This document shows positions 8,857 to 18,473 of a DNA stretch of 47,235 bases, piece after piece (positions within the stretch are counted from its first letter, which is position 1; each line of letters starts with the position of its first letter). The stretch spans positions 1 through 47,235 of the forward strand of contig PFRF01000043.1 of the NCBI GenBank assembly GCA_002788395.1, in the 5' to 3' direction. The notes below the pieces were generated by a model. The model had not been told where the DNA came from, did no database searches, and was given only the letters and a program-made list of their open reading frames with translations. The translations under genes were made by a program, and so were the position numbers. The DNA comes from Candidatus Levybacteria bacterium CG_4_9_14_0_2_um_filter_35_21 (GTDB lineage: Bacteria > Patescibacteriota > Microgenomatia > Levybacterales > UBA12049).

Positions 8857-10028
8857 AAAAGAACACTATATATTCGATATTATTAACCTTGGCTGTATAT
8901 TTTTTAACTGCAGGGCTTTCCTATTTTGTTTTTTCTCCGGGGGGAATTGCTTCTCAGGGGATAACGTCTCCCGTAGCCGCTCCTTCAAAAGCTGCAGACG
9001 GGCAAACTATTTTCGACAGTAATCAGCCTAAAACAGAAAGCTGTCCGATAAATGGTGCTTTGTACTCAAAACAACAGAGGGCATGGTGGGAAAAACATAG
9101 ACCTTTAGGGATAATGATTGAAAATCATCAAGAAGCAAGACCGCAATCGGGATTATCCTCTGCAGATACAATTTATGAAACAGTAGCAGAGGGTGGAATC
9201 ACCAGATTTTTGGCAATATTTTATTGTCAGGATGCAGGACAAGTGGGTCCAATAAGATCTGCCAGAACTTACTTTTTAGATTTTGCTTCGGAATATGGTG
9301 ATCATCCTTTATACACTCACGTTGGTGGAGCAAATCAGCCTGGGCCTGCGGATGCACTTTCCCAAATTAATGACTACGACTGGGGAGGGTATAATGACAT
9401 GAATCAATTCGCGATTGGTTTCCCTGTCTTTTGGAGGGATTCTAACCGCCTTGGTCATCCTGCAGCCACAGAGCACACAATGTATTCAACAACCGGTAAA
9501 TTGTGGGAATATGCTGCAGTAACACGAGGTTTAAAAGATACAGACAAAAAAGGGACAGCGTGGACGGAAGGATTTACTCCATATTCTTTTAAAGAAGATA
9601 CTGCTACTTCCGGTAGGCCAACCAGTCAAACTGTTCATCTTGAGTTTTGGTCATCGGATAAAAATTATTTTGTTGATTGGACATATGACCCCGTAGCAAA
9701 TGAATACAAAAGAGCTAATAGTGGGGTTATCCACATAGATAGAGATACAAACAAACAGTTGACAACTAAAAACATTGTAGTATTATCCATGGTAGAAAGC
9801 AGTGCAAACGATGGATATGAGAATAACGCGCATTTGCTTTATAAAACTAAAGGGACAGGTAAAGCAACAGTCTTTATGGACGGAAAGAAAATAACAGGAA
9901 CATGGAAGAAGAGCGGCAGGACAGCAAGAACAATAATTACAGACAGTAGCGGAAACCCTGTTAAGTTCAACTATGGAAAAATATGGTTTGAGATCCTGCC
10001 CACAGACGGAGTCGTTACTGTCAAATAA
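8853..10028 (+). CDS. DUF3048 domain-containing secreted/anchored protein
   Basis: N-terminal anchor, RPQSGLSSADTIYETVAEGGITRFLAIF and RSARTYFLDFA motifs typical of DUF3048. ATGA overlap with the upstream gene. Confidence 0.7.
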   Translation: MKKNTIYSILLTLAVYFLTAGLSYFVFSPGGIASQGITSPVAAPSKAADGQTIFDSNQPKTESCPINGALYSKQQRAWWEKHRPLGIMIENHQEARPQSGLSSADTIYETVAEGGITRFLAIFYCQDAGQVGPIRSARTYFLDFASEYGDHPLYTHVGGANQPGPADALSQINDYDWGGYNDMNQFAIGFPVFWRDSNRLGHPAATEHTMYSTTGKLWEYAAVTRGLKDTDKKGTAWTEGFTPYSFKEDTATSGRPTSQTVHLEFWSSDKNYFVDWTYDPVANEYKRANSGVIHIDRDTNKQLTTKNIVVLSMVESSANDGYENNAHLLYKTKGTGKATVFMDGKKITGTWKKSGRTARTIITDSSGNPVKFNYGKIWFEILPTDGVVTVK

Positions 10029-10037
10029 AGGTGGGTT

Positions 10038-10610
10038 ATGTTTTCTGATTTAATAACATCAAAAGCAAGGGTAAAACTGCTAGACGTTTTTTTATCTTCT
10101 CCGGCAGACATGTATCATGTTAGAGAACTGGTGAGAAGAACGGGAGACGAAATTAATGCGGTAAGACGTGAGTTGTTTTATTTGGAAAAAAAAGGAGTAC
10201 TTTCCAGAGAACCAAGAGCAAATAGAGTTTATTACTCTCTTTCCAAAAATTATCCTTTCTACTTTGATCTGTTAAGGTTAAGTGCGAAGACAATTGGTCT
10301 TGGGGCAGAAATTATTAAAAACAGAGCGAAGCTGGGTAGAATTAAATACGCAATGTTTTCGGGAAAGTTTATAAGAAGGATAAAGAATGCACCCGATGAA
10401 ATAGATCTTTTGATTGTTGGAACGGTTGTTCTGCCCGAGCTTGCACTTTTAATAAGAGAGGAAGAGAAAAAAATAAATACAGAAATAAATTATACGGTTA
10501 TGTCCGAAGATGAATTTAATTTTAGAAAAAAGAAAAGAGATCAATTTGTGTTAACTATTCTTTTCGGTTCCAGAATAATGCTTATTGGTGATGAGGAAAG
10601 CATGCTCTAA
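10038..10610 (+). CDS. Winged-helix transcriptional regulator-like protein
   Basis: N-terminal KARVKLLDVFLSSP..YHVRELVRRTGDEINAVRRELFYLEKKGVL resembles an ArsR/MarR-type wHTH. SD AAGGTGG 4-5 nt upstream of the ATG. Confidence 0.55.
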   Translation: MFSDLITSKARVKLLDVFLSSPADMYHVRELVRRTGDEINAVRRELFYLEKKGVLSREPRANRVYYSLSKNYPFYFDLLRLSAKTIGLGAEIIKNRAKLGRIKYAMFSGKFIRRIKNAPDEIDLLIVGTVVLPELALLIREEEKKINTEINYTVMSEDEFNFRKKKRDQFVLTILFGSRIMLIGDEESML

Positions 10611-10638
10611 TGACACGTTCGACTTCGCTCAGTGTCAT
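10610..10638. repeat. GC-rich hairpin element (ATGACAC-N15-GTGTCAT)
   Basis: 7-bp inverted repeat straddling the stop codon of the regulator gene. The loop GTTCGACTTCGCTCA resembles short GC-rich intergenic repeats that translate as FDFAQ-type spurious peptides. No U-tract follows. Confidence 0.4.
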
Positions 10639-10656
10639 AGTGAGTAGATCGAATCT

Positions 10657-11997
10657 ATGAAAAATCCCCGTTTTCTTTTATGGATAATAATACTGCTTAC
10701 CGTTATTTCGGTATTTGTTAATTTACCTTCGTCGTTTAATTTATCTATAAAACCTTTTAAACCTGTAAGCTTTGATAAAGCTGCAATTCTATCTAAAATA
10801 AAAATTACTAAAAAACTTGATTTTAGAAAAGGTTTAGATTTAGAAGGAGGGACAAGTATTACGCTTAAAGCGGAAATGAAAAATATTCCTTCTACTCAAA
10901 GAAAAGATGCTTTGGAATCTGCAAAATCAATTATAGAAAGAAGGGTTAATCTTTTCGGGGTGGCGGAGTCAATTGTGCAAACTTCTACTGTAAATGGAGA
11001 ATATAGGATAATAGTAGAATTACCGGGAGTTACGGATCTTAACGAAGTCAGAAAATTAATTGGAACTACTGCAGAGCTTACTTTTTGGGAGGAAGTAGGA
11101 ACTCAATCCGGTAAATTTAAAGAAAATCAACCCAACTATCCGCTTAATCTTCCTTCCGGATATAATAGAACAAATTTAACAGGAAATGATTTGAAACAGT
11201 CTGCAGTTGGTTTTAACCAAAATACCGGTAACCCTCAGGTTTTGTTAACTTTTACCTCTGATGGCTCGCAAAAATTTGGAGAAATTACAAAAAGAGTAGT
11301 GGGAAAAAGATTGGCAATTGTCTTAGACAACATGGTAATAGAAGCGCCCTCGGTTAATGAGCCTATTTTGGGAGGAAACGCAGAAATATCGGGAGGATTT
11401 ACTGTGGAGACTGCCAAAGCATTGGCAACTGAGCTAAATGCGGGGGCGCTTCCCGTTCCGCTCACGACACTTCAAAGCCACGTAATTGGCCCAACTTTGG
11501 GATTATCTTCGCTTCAGAAAAGTCTTTTTGCAGGCGCTTTAGGATTTGTAGTTATAGTTATCTTTATGATTATTCTGTACGGATCTTTAGGAGTTATTGC
11601 AAGTGTGGCTCTTGCGCTTTATACTCTTTTTGTGCTTGCAATATTTAAATTAAGCTCGCTTACTCCATATTCAATTACCTTAACTCTTTCAGGAATTGCC
11701 GGTTTTATCCTATCTATAGGAATGGCAGTAGATGCAAATATCTTAATTTTTGAGAGAATAAAAGAAGAGTTACGTGCAGGTAAGAATAAAAGGGTTGCTC
11801 TTGAAATGGGTTTTTCCAGGGCATGGACATCCATCCGTGATTCAAATATCTCTACCCTAATTACGAGTGCTGTTCTTTATAAATTTGGGATTGGTACGGT
11901 AAAAGGTTTTGCCTTGGTTTTGGCAATCGGAGTATTGGTTTCTATGTTTTCGGCAATTGTTGTAACAAGAACATTTTTAAAATTAGTTTACAAATAA
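10657..11997 (+). CDS. secD: Protein translocase subunit SecD
   Basis: N-terminal TM, periplasmic domain (LDLEGGTSITL, TAELTFWE, LAIVLDNMVIEAPSV) and C-terminal 5-TM block with DANILIFERIKEE. Confidence 0.9.
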   Translation: MKNPRFLLWIIILLTVISVFVNLPSSFNLSIKPFKPVSFDKAAILSKIKITKKLDFRKGLDLEGGTSITLKAEMKNIPSTQRKDALESAKSIIERRVNLFGVAESIVQTSTVNGEYRIIVELPGVTDLNEVRKLIGTTAELTFWEEVGTQSGKFKENQPNYPLNLPSGYNRTNLTGNDLKQSAVGFNQNTGNPQVLLTFTSDGSQKFGEITKRVVGKRLAIVLDNMVIEAPSVNEPILGGNAEISGGFTVETAKALATELNAGALPVPLTTLQSHVIGPTLGLSSLQKSLFAGALGFVVIVIFMIILYGSLGVIASVALALYTLFVLAIFKLSSLTPYSITLTLSGIAGFILSIGMAVDANILIFERIKEELRAGKNKRVALEMGFSRAWTSIRDSNISTLITSAVLYKFGIGTVKGFALVLAIGVLVSMFSAIVVTRTFLKLVYK

Positions 11998-11998
11998 T

Positions 11999-12904
11999 AT
12001 GAATATTATAGGGAAGAAAAATTTATATTTTTTAATTTCATTTTTAATAATTATGCCGGGAGTGATAGCTCTAATTATTTGGGGTCTTAATCTTTCTATA
12101 GACTTTACAGGAGGATCAAGAATTACATTATCAATTAAGAATACTCAAGATCAAAACGCAGTTGGAATTATTAAAAGAAATTTAGAAAAAGACAAAATAA
12201 AGATTGCGTCGATAGAAAAATCAAACAACTTAATTTTTATCAGAACTCAACCATTGGATCAAAAACAAAACGATAAATTTATAAACGATCTTAAAAAAGA
12301 AATTAAAGAATTTAAAGAAGAAGAATTCGAAACAATTGGTCCCACTATCGGAGCAGAAACAACCTCAAATGCAGCTAAAGCAGTTATCTTAGCTTCTCTT
12401 TTAATTGTTTTGTACATTACTTGGTCTTTTAGAAAAATTCCAAAACCGGCAAGTAGTTTTAGATTCGGAATTTGTGCAATCATTGCATTAATTCATGATG
12501 TTTTAGTTGTAGTTGGAGTATTTGCAATTTTTGGACACTTTTTTGGAGTAGAAGTAGATTCTCTGTTTGTTACGGCAGTGCTAACCGTTATCGGTTTTTC
12601 GGTTCATGATACGATTGTAGTCTTTGATAGAATTCGGGAAAATCTAAAGAGGATGAGTTCAAGTTCTTTTTCTACAGTTGTAAATGACTCAATTCTTCAG
12701 ACATTAGATAGATCATTAAATACATCTTTAACCGTAGTTCTTGTCCTCTTAGCACTGCTTTTATTCGGTGGGGAAAGCATAAAATGGTTTGTAGTTGCTC
12801 TTTTAATAGGAGTAATTAGCGGTACATATTCTTCGATCTTTAATGCTTCACCTCTTCTTGTTTTGTGGCAAGAATTAAGAGAAAAAATCCCCCAAGGGGA
12901 CTAG
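11999..12904 (+). CDS. secF: Protein translocase subunit SecF
   Basis: IDFTGGSRITL, HDVLVVVGVFAIFG and HDTIVVFDRIREN. Starts 1 nt after the secD stop. Confidence 0.9.
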   Translation: MNIIGKKNLYFLISFLIIMPGVIALIIWGLNLSIDFTGGSRITLSIKNTQDQNAVGIIKRNLEKDKIKIASIEKSNNLIFIRTQPLDQKQNDKFINDLKKEIKEFKEEEFETIGPTIGAETTSNAAKAVILASLLIVLYITWSFRKIPKPASSFRFGICAIIALIHDVLVVVGVFAIFGHFFGVEVDSLFVTAVLTVIGFSVHDTIVVFDRIRENLKRMSSSSFSTVVNDSILQTLDRSLNTSLTVVLVLLALLLFGGESIKWFVVALLIGVISGTYSSIFNASPLLVLWQELREKIPQGD

Positions 12905-12921
12905 CTTCTTCGAAGCGGCGA
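12901..12921. repeat. GC-rich 21-mer CTAGCTTCTTCGAAGCGGCGA (copy 1 of 2)
   Basis: 19 of 21 identical to 17674-17694. Contains the GCTTC-N3-GAAGC hairpin. Overlaps the secF stop codon. Confidence 0.5.
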
Positions 12922-12950
12922 ATAGACAATAAACAAAGAAAAGAGACAAT

Positions 12951-13397
12951 TTAGGAGAGCTCTTCGCGGACGATTTTACTTACCAAACTTCCATCGGCTT
13001 TTCCTTTTGTTTTTGGCATAAGAGCTCCCATAACATTTCCCATATCTGCCATTGTGGTAGCTCCGGTTTGAGAGATTGCTTCTTTGATAAGATTTCTAAT
13101 TTCTTCTTCTCCCATTTGCTCGGGTAGATATTTTTCTAAAAGCTCAAGTTCTTTCTTTTCTTTGTCGACAAGATCGTTTCTACCTGCCTTTTCGTATTGC
13201 TCTATAGAATCTTTACGCTGTTTAACCTGTTTTTCGATAGCCGACATTATATCTTCTTCGGAAGCTTGGTATCCCAGACCTTTTTGAATTTCCAAATATC
13301 CGATTGCGGAAATAAGCATTCTTAAAACGGAGGTTTTAAATGCGTCTTTTAAAAGCATGGACTGTTTTAACTCTTCTTGGAGTTGTTGCTTTGTCAT
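12951..13397 (-). CDS. yqeY: GatB/YqeY domain-containing protein
   Basis: 148 aa. LKQSMLLKD...VLRMLISAI, KQRKDSIEQYEKAGRNDLVDKEKKELELLEKYLP and MGALMPKTKGKADGSLV are typical of YqeY. Confidence 0.85.
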   Translation of the reverse strand: MTKQQLQEELKQSMLLKDAFKTSVLRMLISAIGYLEIQKGLGYQASEEDIMSAIEKQVKQRKDSIEQYEKAGRNDLVDKEKKELELLEKYLPEQMGEEEIRNLIKEAISQTGATTMADMGNVMGALMPKTKGKADGSLVSKIVREELS

Positions 13398-13400
13398 AAC

Positions 13401-14552
13401 TTAGATTTTAGCAGATTTTTTAAGGATTGACACTTTATCGGTTTTTTCCCAGGGAAATTCACTTCTACCGAAATGACCATAGATGGCGGTTTTGCGGTAA
13501 ATAGGTCGTTTTAAATCTAGGGTTTTAATAATACCTGCGGGGCTCATGTCAAAAGTTGCCCTAATTGCTTTTTCAATAATTTCGTCACTAACTTTTCCTT
13601 CTCCAAAAGTACTTACGTGTACGGAAACAGGCTGAGGGAAACCTATTGCATAGGCAAGTTGAACTTCACACTTGTCTGTAAGCCCCGCTGCAACAACATT
13701 TTTGGCAATGTAACGTGCCATGTATGCGCCGGATCTGTCTTGTTTGTTTGGTACTTTCCCGGAAAATGCTCCACCACCGTGTCTTGCCATACCGCCGTAA
13801 GTATCAACTATAATTTTTCTGCCTGTTACTCCGGTATCTCCTTGAGGACCGCCAACTACAAATTTTCCGGTTTCGTTAATGTAAATTTTAGCCTTTTTGT
13901 TCAAAAGTTTTCCACAAATAGGGGTAATTACATGTTTTATTATGTCGGCGCGGATTTTCTTATAAGGAATTTTATCGTCATGTTGCGCAGCTATTACGAC
14001 TGTTTCTATTGCAACCGGTTTATCATTTTCGTATTCAACCGTAACTTGGGCTTTTCCGTCCGGTCGAAGATAGGGAATTATTTTCTTTTTTCTAACTTCC
14101 GCAAGACGTTTTGTTAAACCATGCGCCAACATAATTGGAAGAGGCATCAGTTCCGGAGTTTCTATACAGGCAAATCCTACCATCATCCCTTGGTCACCCG
14201 CTCCATGTTCCTTATGTAATGCTTTTTTGGGATCCTCTCCCCGGGCGATATCTGCACTTTGCTCATGAATTACGTTTATTACAGCACAAGATTTATAGTC
14301 AATACCATAATCGGCATTTGTATATCCAATATCTTTTAAAACACTCCTAACTATTTTTTGAATATCAACGTATGCCTTTGTAGTAATCTCACCTCCAACA
14401 ATTACCATTCCTGTTGTGGTAAAAACTTCGCAGCAGCAAGCAGAATTTGGATCATCTTCTAAAACAGCATCTAAAACAGCATCTGCTATTTGGTCGCAAA
14501 TTTTATCAGGGTGTCCTTCTGTAACAGATTCCGAGGTAAAAAATTTCTTCAT
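13401..14552 (-). CDS. metK: S-adenosylmethionine synthetase
   Basis: [51 protein letters not shown] and GGGAFSGK are hallmark MetK motifs. Confidence 0.97.
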   Translation of the reverse strand: MKKFFTSESVTEGHPDKICDQIADAVLDAVLEDDPNSACCCEVFTTTGMVIVGGEITTKAYVDIQKIVRSVLKDIGYTNADYGIDYKSCAVINVIHEQSADIARGEDPKKALHKEHGAGDQGMMVGFACIETPELMPLPIMLAHGLTKRLAEVRKKKIIPYLRPDGKAQVTVEYENDKPVAIETVVIAAQHDDKIPYKKIRADIIKHVITPICGKLLNKKAKIYINETGKFVVGGPQGDTGVTGRKIIVDTYGGMARHGGGAFSGKVPNKQDRSGAYMARYIAKNVVAAGLTDKCEVQLAYAIGFPQPVSVHVSTFGEGKVSDEIIEKAIRATFDMSPAGIIKTLDLKRPIYRKTAIYGHFGRSEFPWEKTDKVSILKKSAKI

Positions 14553-14616
14553 TGCAATGAAAAGTAGTATAGCATAATTATTTAAGAATTTTAGAGAGAA
14601 TTTATCAGTTTCATTT

Positions 14617-16008
14617 TTAATCTTTAGTGATTACAGCGATTTCTTTTATTTTTTTTCTTAAATATTCTTTATTATTTTTAGAGAGATCTTCGTCTACTTC
14701 TGTAAATAATTTTTCCAATATTTCTCCAACTTTTTTGCTTGGAGGAATATTTAATTCTTTCATTACGTCATTTCCGTCGATTGCCAGGTTTTCTATAGAA
14801 AACGGTTTGGGTTTAAATTGATCGTCTACTCTTTTTTTAAATAGTTTTAATCTCCAGCTTTCTGCATTTTGTGTTCCACTACCAAGCCGGTCTCCAATCC
14901 TCAAATCAATAATATCTTTTACATTATTTTCGCCGACTCTTCTAATAAATCTTCTTACAGCGGCATCTGTTATATGTTCATCTACCGTAAACATATGCCA
15001 TCTAATTAAATCAATAACTTTTTCTTTGTCTTTTTTTGAAAGCTTAAGTCTCTCGCAAATTTTTTCTGCCATTTTCGCGCTAACTACCTCGTGATTATGA
15101 AAAATTACCAGACCTTGCTCGTCACTGGATTTTGACCTTGGTTTACCGATATCATGCAGTAGCGTTGCAAATCTTACAATAGGATTTTCCGACGGACAAA
15201 ATTTTAGTGCATTCATGTTATGACTAAAAACATCACCCGTATGATGTCTTCCGGGTCTTTCTTGGGATACATCAATTCCGTCAAGAAGCTCTGGGATAAT
15301 TTGTCTTAGTAGTTCGCATTCTTTCAACAAAATTATTCCGTCAAATGGATTTTTTGTTGTAAAAATTTTTAACAGTTCGTCTCTTACCCTTTCCACGGAA
15401 ATCCTCTTTATAAGAACGGCATCGTTTTTTATTTCTTGCCAGGTTTTTTCTTCAATCTTAAATTCCAATTGACTGGCAAGTCTAACTGCACGCATGAGAC
15501 GTAGCGCATCTTCCTTAAATCTTTCTTTAGGATTACCAACAGCACGAATTAGCTTAGTTTCAATATCTTTTTGGCCTTTATAAGGGTCAACAATGAAAAA
15601 TTCAAAAAGTTTACCCTGAGCGAGCGAAGTGATTCGAAGGGCAATTGCGTTAATGGTAAAGTCACGACGGGCGAGGTCTTCTTCTATTGTTTTTCCCCAC
15701 TCAATTCTTTCCGGATGGCGATGATCTTTATATTCCCGTTCTGTTCTATAGGTAGTAATTTCTACAACTTGTTGTTCTTTGTTAATTTCTATTGGGACGC
15801 CGACTGTTCCAAATTTGTTGTCGTAAAATCCATCCGGAAAAATTCTTAAAATCTCTTCAGGGTTTGCATTTGTTGCAAGGTCCCAATCTTTAACTTGAGT
15901 TTTAAGAATAAGGTTTCTAACACAACCGCCAACAAAATAAATTTCAAAATCAGCGTTTTTTACTTTATTATAAATTTGAATAATTTCTTCAGGAATATTT
16001 TTAACCAT
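14617..16008 (-). CDS. cca: CCA-adding tRNA nucleotidyltransferase with HD domain
   Basis: [25 protein letters not shown] and the HD region LLHDIGK. Both tRNA genes in the window lack an encoded CCA. Confidence 0.85.
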   Translation of the reverse strand: MVKNIPEEIIQIYNKVKNADFEIYFVGGCVRNLILKTQVKDWDLATNANPEEILRIFPDGFYDNKFGTVGVPIEINKEQQVVEITTYRTEREYKDHRHPERIEWGKTIEEDLARRDFTINAIALRITSLAQGKLFEFFIVDPYKGQKDIETKLIRAVGNPKERFKEDALRLMRAVRLASQLEFKIEEKTWQEIKNDAVLIKRISVERVRDELLKIFTTKNPFDGIILLKECELLRQIIPELLDGIDVSQERPGRHHTGDVFSHNMNALKFCPSENPIVRFATLLHDIGKPRSKSSDEQGLVIFHNHEVVSAKMAEKICERLKLSKKDKEKVIDLIRWHMFTVDEHITDAAVRRFIRRVGENNVKDIIDLRIGDRLGSGTQNAESWRLKLFKKRVDDQFKPKPFSIENLAIDGNDVMKELNIPPSKKVGEILEKLFTEVDEDLSKNNKEYLRKKIKEIAVITKD

Positions 16009-16064
16009 AGTTGTTAGCTTTTAGCCATTTTGTTATAGTATAGCAACACGAATTCAAAATTCAA

Positions 16065-17855
16065 ATGAACAAAAAACAACAAACAATGGACAGTAAACAA
16101 AAAACAATAAGCAGAGATCAGGAATCAATAAAAAAACAACAGAACTCAATAAGCGATATTGTCAATACTCTTCTTAAAAATAGGGGGGTTAAAACTGTAG
16201 AAGAAAAAAAGGATTTTTTAAATTCCGATATCAATAAAATAACTCCGGAATTGGTGGGGATAAGTAAAGAAGAACTAAAAAAAACTATTAAAAGAATAAA
16301 TTCTGCAATAAAAAACAAAGAGCAGATTGTAGTATTTGGTGATTATGATGCAGATGGATTATGTGCATCCGCAATTCTTTGGGAAACATTAAATAAAGCC
16401 GGTGCAAAAGTGTTGCCGTATATTCCCAGTAGATTAGAGGAAGGTTACGGCCTGTCGAAGACAAGCATCCTAAATCTAAAATCTAAAATCTTAAATCCTA
16501 AGTTAATAATAACGGTTGACAATGGAATAACGGCAAACGAGGCGGTTGAATTTGCTATAAAAGAAGGAATAGATGTAATTATTACAGATCATCATCTTTT
16601 ACCCAAAAAATTGCCGAAGGCATATTCAATTATTCACACAACAAAACTTGCAGGAGTAGGGGTTGCGTGGATTTTAGCCCACGAGTTCAAAGTTCAGGAT
16701 TCAAAATTAAGAGCCAGGATTGATGATAATTATTTGGATTTGGTGGCGATTGCAACGGTTGCAGATTTAGTGCCGCTAGTCGGCGCAAATAGGGCATTGG
16801 TAAAATTTGGATTGGAAGCATTACGAAACACAAAAAGAGTAGGATTACTTGAGCTTTTTGAAGAGGCGGGAATAGAAATTTCGGAGATTGGTACCTATAA
16901 AATTGGACATATCGTTGTTCCCCGCTTAAATGCTGCAGGAAGAATTGGCGATGCATTAGATTCGTTAAGACTCTTATGCACTAAGGATAAAAAAAGAGCA
17001 CAACTAATTGCGGGGAAGCTTGGGCTTATAAATAGAGAAAGACAGGTCTTAACAGAAGAGTCAACGGAAAATGCAAGGACAATAATCAATAATCAGAAAA
17101 CAAAAAACAAAGAACAAAACCTTAAAGATAAAAAGTTGATTCTTGTAAGTGACGAGAGTTACAGGCAAGGAATTATTGGTTTAATTGCGGGTAGATTGTC
17201 CGAAGAATTTTACCGGCCGGCGATTGTTATCTCTAAGGGTAAAATTATAAGCAAAGCATCTGCAAGATCGGTTAAGGGATTTAACATAATTGAATTTATT
17301 AGAAACGTTGAGGAGTTTTTAGTTAATGCAGGAGGACACCCCATGGCTGCAGGTTTTACCGTGGAAACAGTTAATTTACCGATAATTGAGAAAAAATTTC
17401 ACAAATTGGCAGAAAAACTTATTAAGGATTCCCATTTAATTAGAAAACAAAGAATAGATTGTAAAATTCCTCTTTCAATAGTTTCGGACCAACTCTATGA
17501 AGCAATAAAAAAACTCGAGCCATTTGGAATGGGTAATCCTTTGCCGGTGTTTGAAAGTATAGCAGTGATAGAAGATATGAGAAATGTAGGTCAAGATAGT
17601 AAACACCTCAGATTAAAGTTCAAAGTGAAAAGTGAAAAGTTAAAAGTTAATTCAAAATTCTCTTCTAAGAGGTCTAGCTTCTCTGAAGCGGCGATAATTG
17701 ATGGAATTGGGTTTGGAATAGGAGAAATTTCTTCAAAACTGAGCATCGGAGAAACAGTTAACGTTATTTATTCGTTAGATCAGAATGTTTGGAATGGAGA
17801 TAAAAGATTGCAGCTAAAGATAAAAACTATTAAAAGTGTAAGAGAATCAAGCTAG
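16065..17855 (+). CDS. recJ: Single-stranded-DNA-specific exonuclease RecJ
   Basis: DHH motifs VVFGDYDADGLCA, TVDNGI, IITDHH. DHHA1 motif GGHPMAAG. C-terminal PFGMGNPLPVF. Carries low-complexity lysine-rich insertions. Confidence 0.9.
   Translation: MNKKQQTMDSKQKTISRDQESIKKQQNSISDIVNTLLKNRGVKTVEEKKDFLNSDINKITPELVGISKEELKKTIKRINSAIKNKEQIVVFGDYDADGLCASAILWETLNKAGAKVLPYIPSRLEEGYGLSKTSILNLKSKILNPKLIITVDNGITANEAVEFAIKEGIDVIITDHHLLPKKLPKAYSIIHTTKLAGVGVAWILAHEFKVQDSKLRARIDDNYLDLVAIATVADLVPLVGANRALVKFGLEALRNTKRVGLLELFEEAGIEISEIGTYKIGHIVVPRLNAAGRIGDALDSLRLLCTKDKKRAQLIAGKLGLINRERQVLTEESTENARTIINNQKTKNKEQNLKDKKLILVSDESYRQGIIGLIAGRLSEEFYRPAIVISKGKIISKASARSVKGFNIIEFIRNVEEFLVNAGGHPMAAGFTVETVNLPIIEKKFHKLAEKLIKDSHLIRKQRIDCKIPLSIVSDQLYEAIKKLEPFGMGNPLPVFESIAVIEDMRNVGQDSKHLRLKFKVKSEKLKVNSKFSSKRSSFSEAAIIDGIGFGIGEISSKLSIGETVNVIYSLDQNVWNGDKRLQLKIKTIKSVRESS
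17674..17694. repeat. GC-rich 21-mer CTAGCTTCTCTGAAGCGGCGA (copy 2 of 2), inside recJ
   Basis: 19 of 21 identical to 12901-12921. Lies in a recJ segment (KVKSEKLKVNSKFSSKRSSFSEAAI) that looks like an in-frame insertion. Confidence 0.5.
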
Positions 17856-17858
17856 GAC

Positions 17859-18278
17859 TTAATCCAGAAAAAATCTATTATTAGGATTACTATTGCTTGT
17901 CGATTCTAATGAAATTCTTTGCTTCACGCTTTCAATATTTGCAATATAACTAGAATCATCGATTATAGACTTGGCATGATCGACTATGCCGGATATTCTT
18001 AATTTTTCCTCATCGGTTCCCGTTCTATATTTTTCTTGTAATTCTCCGGATAACTGTTTTACTCCATTTGTCCCATCTATTGGTATACGGCAAATCTTTC
18101 GTAAAAATTCTTCATATGCAGCTATATTTGGTCCGGTGATTTGAGTATCACAAGCAATTGGTGTTTCCTCATGTGCTGTTTTAAGTGAAAATCTTTCTTT
18201 CATATTTTTTATCCATAAAAAAACTTCCGTTTTTGACAAGTCATGTCTTTTGCTTCGCAAAAAACACTTCCCTACCAA
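17859..18278 (-). CDS. Hypothetical protein
   Basis: The maximal ORF starts at a TTG. The first ATG is at 18203 (MKERFSLK...). No recognised motifs and no clear SD. Confidence 0.4.
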   Translation of the reverse strand: MVGKCFLRSKRHDLSKTEVFLWIKNMKERFSLKTAHEETPIACDTQITGPNIAAYEEFLRKICRIPIDGTNGVKQLSGELQEKYRTGTDEEKLRISGIVDHAKSIIDDSSYIANIESVKQRISLESTSNSNPNNRFFLD

Positions 18279-18473
18279 ATAAGGGAAGTTCTATTAAAGC
18301 CTTTAACTAATGAATTTAAATAAATTTTCATTTTCCAATTTTGGATATTATCAAACGACGAATAGCTTGTCAAGTAAGGAGATATCAGGTATGATAATAA
18401 GAATTAAAACCAATTGACAATTGACAATGTAAAATGGACAAAAACAATCATAAATGATCAGAAGTTGATACAA

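Noticed and set aside
13617-14117. 166-aa plus-strand ORF
   Set aside because: Entirely antisense to the strongly conserved metK gene. Low-complexity, Cys/Phe-rich translation typical of a shadow ORF.
14553-14616. SAM riboswitch upstream of metK, and T-box leaders upstream of aspS and gltX
   Set aside because: The metK upstream spacer is only 64 nt, with a -10 box 13 nt from the ATG. The aaRS upstream regions are AT-rich and lack the conserved T-box or specifier elements that I can recognise.
16466-16502. Short tandem AAAATCT-type repeats as a CRISPR or VNTR
   Set aside because: They lie inside the recJ coding sequence (ILNLKSKILNPK), are only 7 nt long and imperfect, and have no spacers. 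This is coding low complexity.
18414-18473. TTG 18414 as the aspS start (ORF track)
   Set aside because: It adds 20 residues not expected before the OB fold. ATG 18474 gives a canonical N-terminus. The TTG overlaps the stop of a mini-ORF, so it remains only a remote possibility.
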